DNA from: Mobula hypostoma
Taxonomy: Eukaryota
Direction: 5' to 3'
Assembly: GCF_963921235.1 (NCBI RefSeq)
Contig: NC_086097.1
Coordinates: 65,784,001-65,848,000, forward strand
Length of the DNA: 64,000 nt
The notes beneath the pieces were generated by a model, which made no database searches, had not been told where the DNA came from, and saw only the letters and a list, made by a program, of their open reading frames with translations. Of this stretch, positions 61,356 to 64,000 are shown piece after piece. Numbering within the stretch: position 1 is the first letter of the stretch; each line of letters starts with the position of its first letter. Made by a program: the position numbers and the translations under genes.

Positions 61356-63685
61356 TTGACACCCCCAGCCTCCCCCCTCCCCCCTCTGATCCCAGCTCTC
61401 ATCCGTGCCGGGTCTTTACCATCCCCTCCGACCTTCAACTGTCGGAGGCAGAACGCTCTGTTCTCAGTAAGGGCCTCACGTTTGTCCCCCTTCGCCCACA
61501 CCTCAGCGAGTTCCGTGTTCGCCACGATGCGGAACTTTTCTTCCGCCGTCTCCGTCTCCGAGCCTACTTCTTCGGCAAGGACTCTTCCACCCCCACCGAT
61601 GACCCCTTCTCCCGTCTTCAACCCTCCTCTTCTTCATGGACACCCCGCTCTGGTCTTCTGCCTGCTCTGAATCTCTTTATTGCCAACTGCCGACGGGACA
61701 TCAACCGTCTCGACTTCACCGCACCTTGTTCCCATTCCAACTTCACTCCTTCGGAACGCTCTGCTCTCCACTCCCTCCGCACTAATCCTAACCTTATTAT
61801 TAAACCCGCTGATAAAGGGGGTGCTGTTGTAGTCTGGCGTACTGACCTCTACCTTGCCGAGGCACAGCGACAACTCGCGGATACCTCCTCTTATTTACCC
61901 CTTGATCGTGACCCCACCAAGGAGCACCAGGGCATTGTCTCCCACACTATCAACGACTTTATCCGCTCAGGGGATCTCCCATCCACTGCTACCAATCTTA
62001 TAGTTCCCACACCCCGCACTTCCCGTTTCTACCTCCTACCCAAGATCCACAAACCTGCCTGTCCTGGCCGACCTATTGTCTCAGCTTGCTCCTGCCCCAC
62101 CGAACTCGTTTCTGCATACCTCGAAACTGTTTTATCACCCCTTGTTCAATCCCTTCCGACCTATGTTCGTGACACTTCTCACGCTCTTAAACTTTTCGAT
62201 GATTTTAAGTTCCCTGGCCCCCACCGCTTTATTTTCACCATGGATGTCCAGTCCTTATATACTTCCATCCCCCATCAGGAAGGTCTCAAAGCTCTACGCT
62301 TCTTTTTGGATTCCAGACCTAATCAGTTCCCCTCTACCACCACTCTGCTCCGTCTAGCGGAATTAGTCCTTACTCTTAATAATTTCTCCTTTTGCTCCTC
62401 CCATTTCCTCCAAACTAAAGGTGTAGCTATGGGCACCCGTATGGGTCCTAGCTATGACTGCCTTTTTGTTGGGTTTGTGGTACAATCTATGTTCCGTGCC
62501 TATTCTGGTATCTGTCCCCCACTTTTCCTTCGCTATATCGACGACTGCATTGGCGCTGCTTCCTGCACGCATGCAGAACTCGTTGACTTTATTAACTTTG
62601 CCTCCAACTTTCACCCTCAAGTTTACCTGGTCTATTTCCGACACCTCCCTCCCCTTCTAGATCTTTCTGTCTCTGTCTCTGGAGACAGCTTATCCACTCA
62701 TGTCTACTATAAGCCTACTGACTCTCACAGCTATCTGGACTATTCCTCTTCTCACCCTGTCTCTTGCAAAAACGCCATCCCCTTCTCGCAATTCCTCTGT
62801 CTCCGCCGCATCTGCTCTCAGGATGAGGCTTTTCATTCTAGGACGAGGGAGATGTCTTCATTTTTTAAAGAAAGGGGCTTCCCTTCCTCCACTATCAACT
62901 CTGCTCTTAAACGCATCTCCTCCATTTCACGTACATCTGCTCTCACTCCATCCTCCCACCACCCCACTAGGAATAGGGTTCCCCTGGTCCTCACCTACCA
63001 CCCCACCAGCCTCCGGGCCCAACATATTATTCTCCGTAACTTCCGCCACTTCCAACGGGATCCCACCACTAAGCACATCTTTCCCTCCCCGCCTCTCTCT
63101 GCATTCCGCAGGGATCGCTCCCTACACAACTCCCTTGTCCATTCGTCCACCCCATCCCTCCCCACTGATCTCCCTCCTGGCACTTATCCGTGTAAGCGGA
63201 ACAAGTGCTACACATGCCCTTACACTTCCTCCCTTACCACCATTCAGGGCCCCAAACAGTCCTTCCAGGTGAGGCATCACTTCACCTGTGAGTCGACTGG
63301 GGTGATATACTGCGTCCGGTGCTCCCGATGTGGCCTTTTATATATTGGTGAGACCCGACGCAGACTGGGAGACCGCTTTGCTGAACATCTACGCTCTGTC
63401 CGCCAGAGAAAGCAGGATCTCCCAGTGGCCACACATTTTAATTCCACATCCCATTCCCATTCTGACATGTCTATCCACGGCCTCCTCTACTGTAAAGATG
63501 AAGCCACACTCAGGTTGGAGGAACAACACCTTATATTCCGTCTGGGTAGCCTCCAACCTGATGGCATGAACATTGACTTCTCTAACTTCCGCTGGGCCCC
63601 ACCTCCCCCTCGTACCCCAGCTGTTACTCATTTTTATGCACACATTCTTTCTCTCACTCTCCTTTTTCTCCCTCTGTCCCTCTGA
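61356..63685 (+). CDS. PLE polyprotein (RT + Cys linker + GIY-YIG endonuclease), 5'-truncated
   Basis: LSKGLTFVP, IKPADKGGAVV, YLLPKIHK..GRPIVS, MDVQSLYTSI, GVAMGT, RYIDD, YYKPTD, CKRNKCYTC, GVIYCVRC..LYIGET..RFAEH. The ORF-track start at 61292 lies inside the inverted arm and is not a native start. Confidence 0.9.
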
Positions 63686-63888
63686 ATATACCTCTTGCCC
63701 ATCCTCTGGGTCACCCCCCCCCCGTCTTTCTTCCCGGACCTCCTGTCCCATGATCCTCTCGTATCCCCTTTTGCCTATCACCTGTCCAGCTCTCGGCTCT
63801 ATCCCTCCCCCTCCTGTCTTCTCCTATCATTTTGCATCTCCCCCTCCCCCTCCAGCTTTCAAATCCCTTACTCACTCTTCCTTCAGTT

Positions 63889-63924
63889 AGTCCTGACGAA
63901 GGGTCTCGGCCTGAAACGTCGACT
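63889..63924 (+). ncRNA. Minimal type-I hammerhead ribozyme motif (PLE)
   Basis: AGUC-CUGACGA-A-GGGU(CUCG)GCCU-GAAAC-GUC-GACU; predicted cleavage after C63920. Confidence 0.78.
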
Positions 63925-64000
63925 GCGCCTCTTCCTATAGATGCTGCTTGGCCTGCTGCGTTCACCAGCAACTTTGATGTATGTTGCTTGAATTTCCAGC

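Larger units (their letters stand above)
60343..64000 (+). mobile_element. Penelope-like element (Neptune-like) with ~1-kb inverted 3' copy at its 5' side; runs off the window
   Basis: 60343-61355 is the reverse complement of 63013->64000; the central ORF has PLE RT and GIY-YIG domains. Confidence 0.95.

Noticed and set aside
60773..61621. 282-aa minus-strand ORF as a stand-alone GIY-YIG gene
   Set aside because: It is the inverted PLE arm read through from antisense RT sequence; the N-terminus is fortuitous.
1..64000. Prokaryotic systems (CRISPR arrays, operons, retrons)
   Set aside because: Spliced vertebrate gene and vertebrate TEs; no spaced repeat array; all RTs belong to eukaryotic retroelements.

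Overview
Eukaryotic (vertebrate) genomic DNA. The repeat content suggests a cartilaginous fish, possibly a ray; this is inference only. The one host gene I can support is MIPOL1 on the + strand. Five phase-compatible GT-AG coding exons (8374-8509, 9127-9232, 29732-29861, 41115-41148, 41401-41571) splice into one coiled-coil ORF, and the gene continues beyond the window. The introns are packed with nested transposable elements: CR1, RTE, Rex1/Babar, a full-length L1 with a 15-bp target-site duplication (TSD), a decayed PNMA-gag Gypsy, a solo LTR, hAT, Tigger, Tc1 and a tRNA-SINE. The most notable structure is a set of Penelope-like elements (PLEs, RT + GIY-YIG). Each is arranged tail-out with inverted termini carrying minimal type-I hammerhead ribozyme motifs (five recognisable, one decayed); two of the motifs are sense to the MIPOL1 pre-mRNA. 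TE boundaries without a stated TSD/TIR are approximate, and family names come from motif recognition, not database searches.
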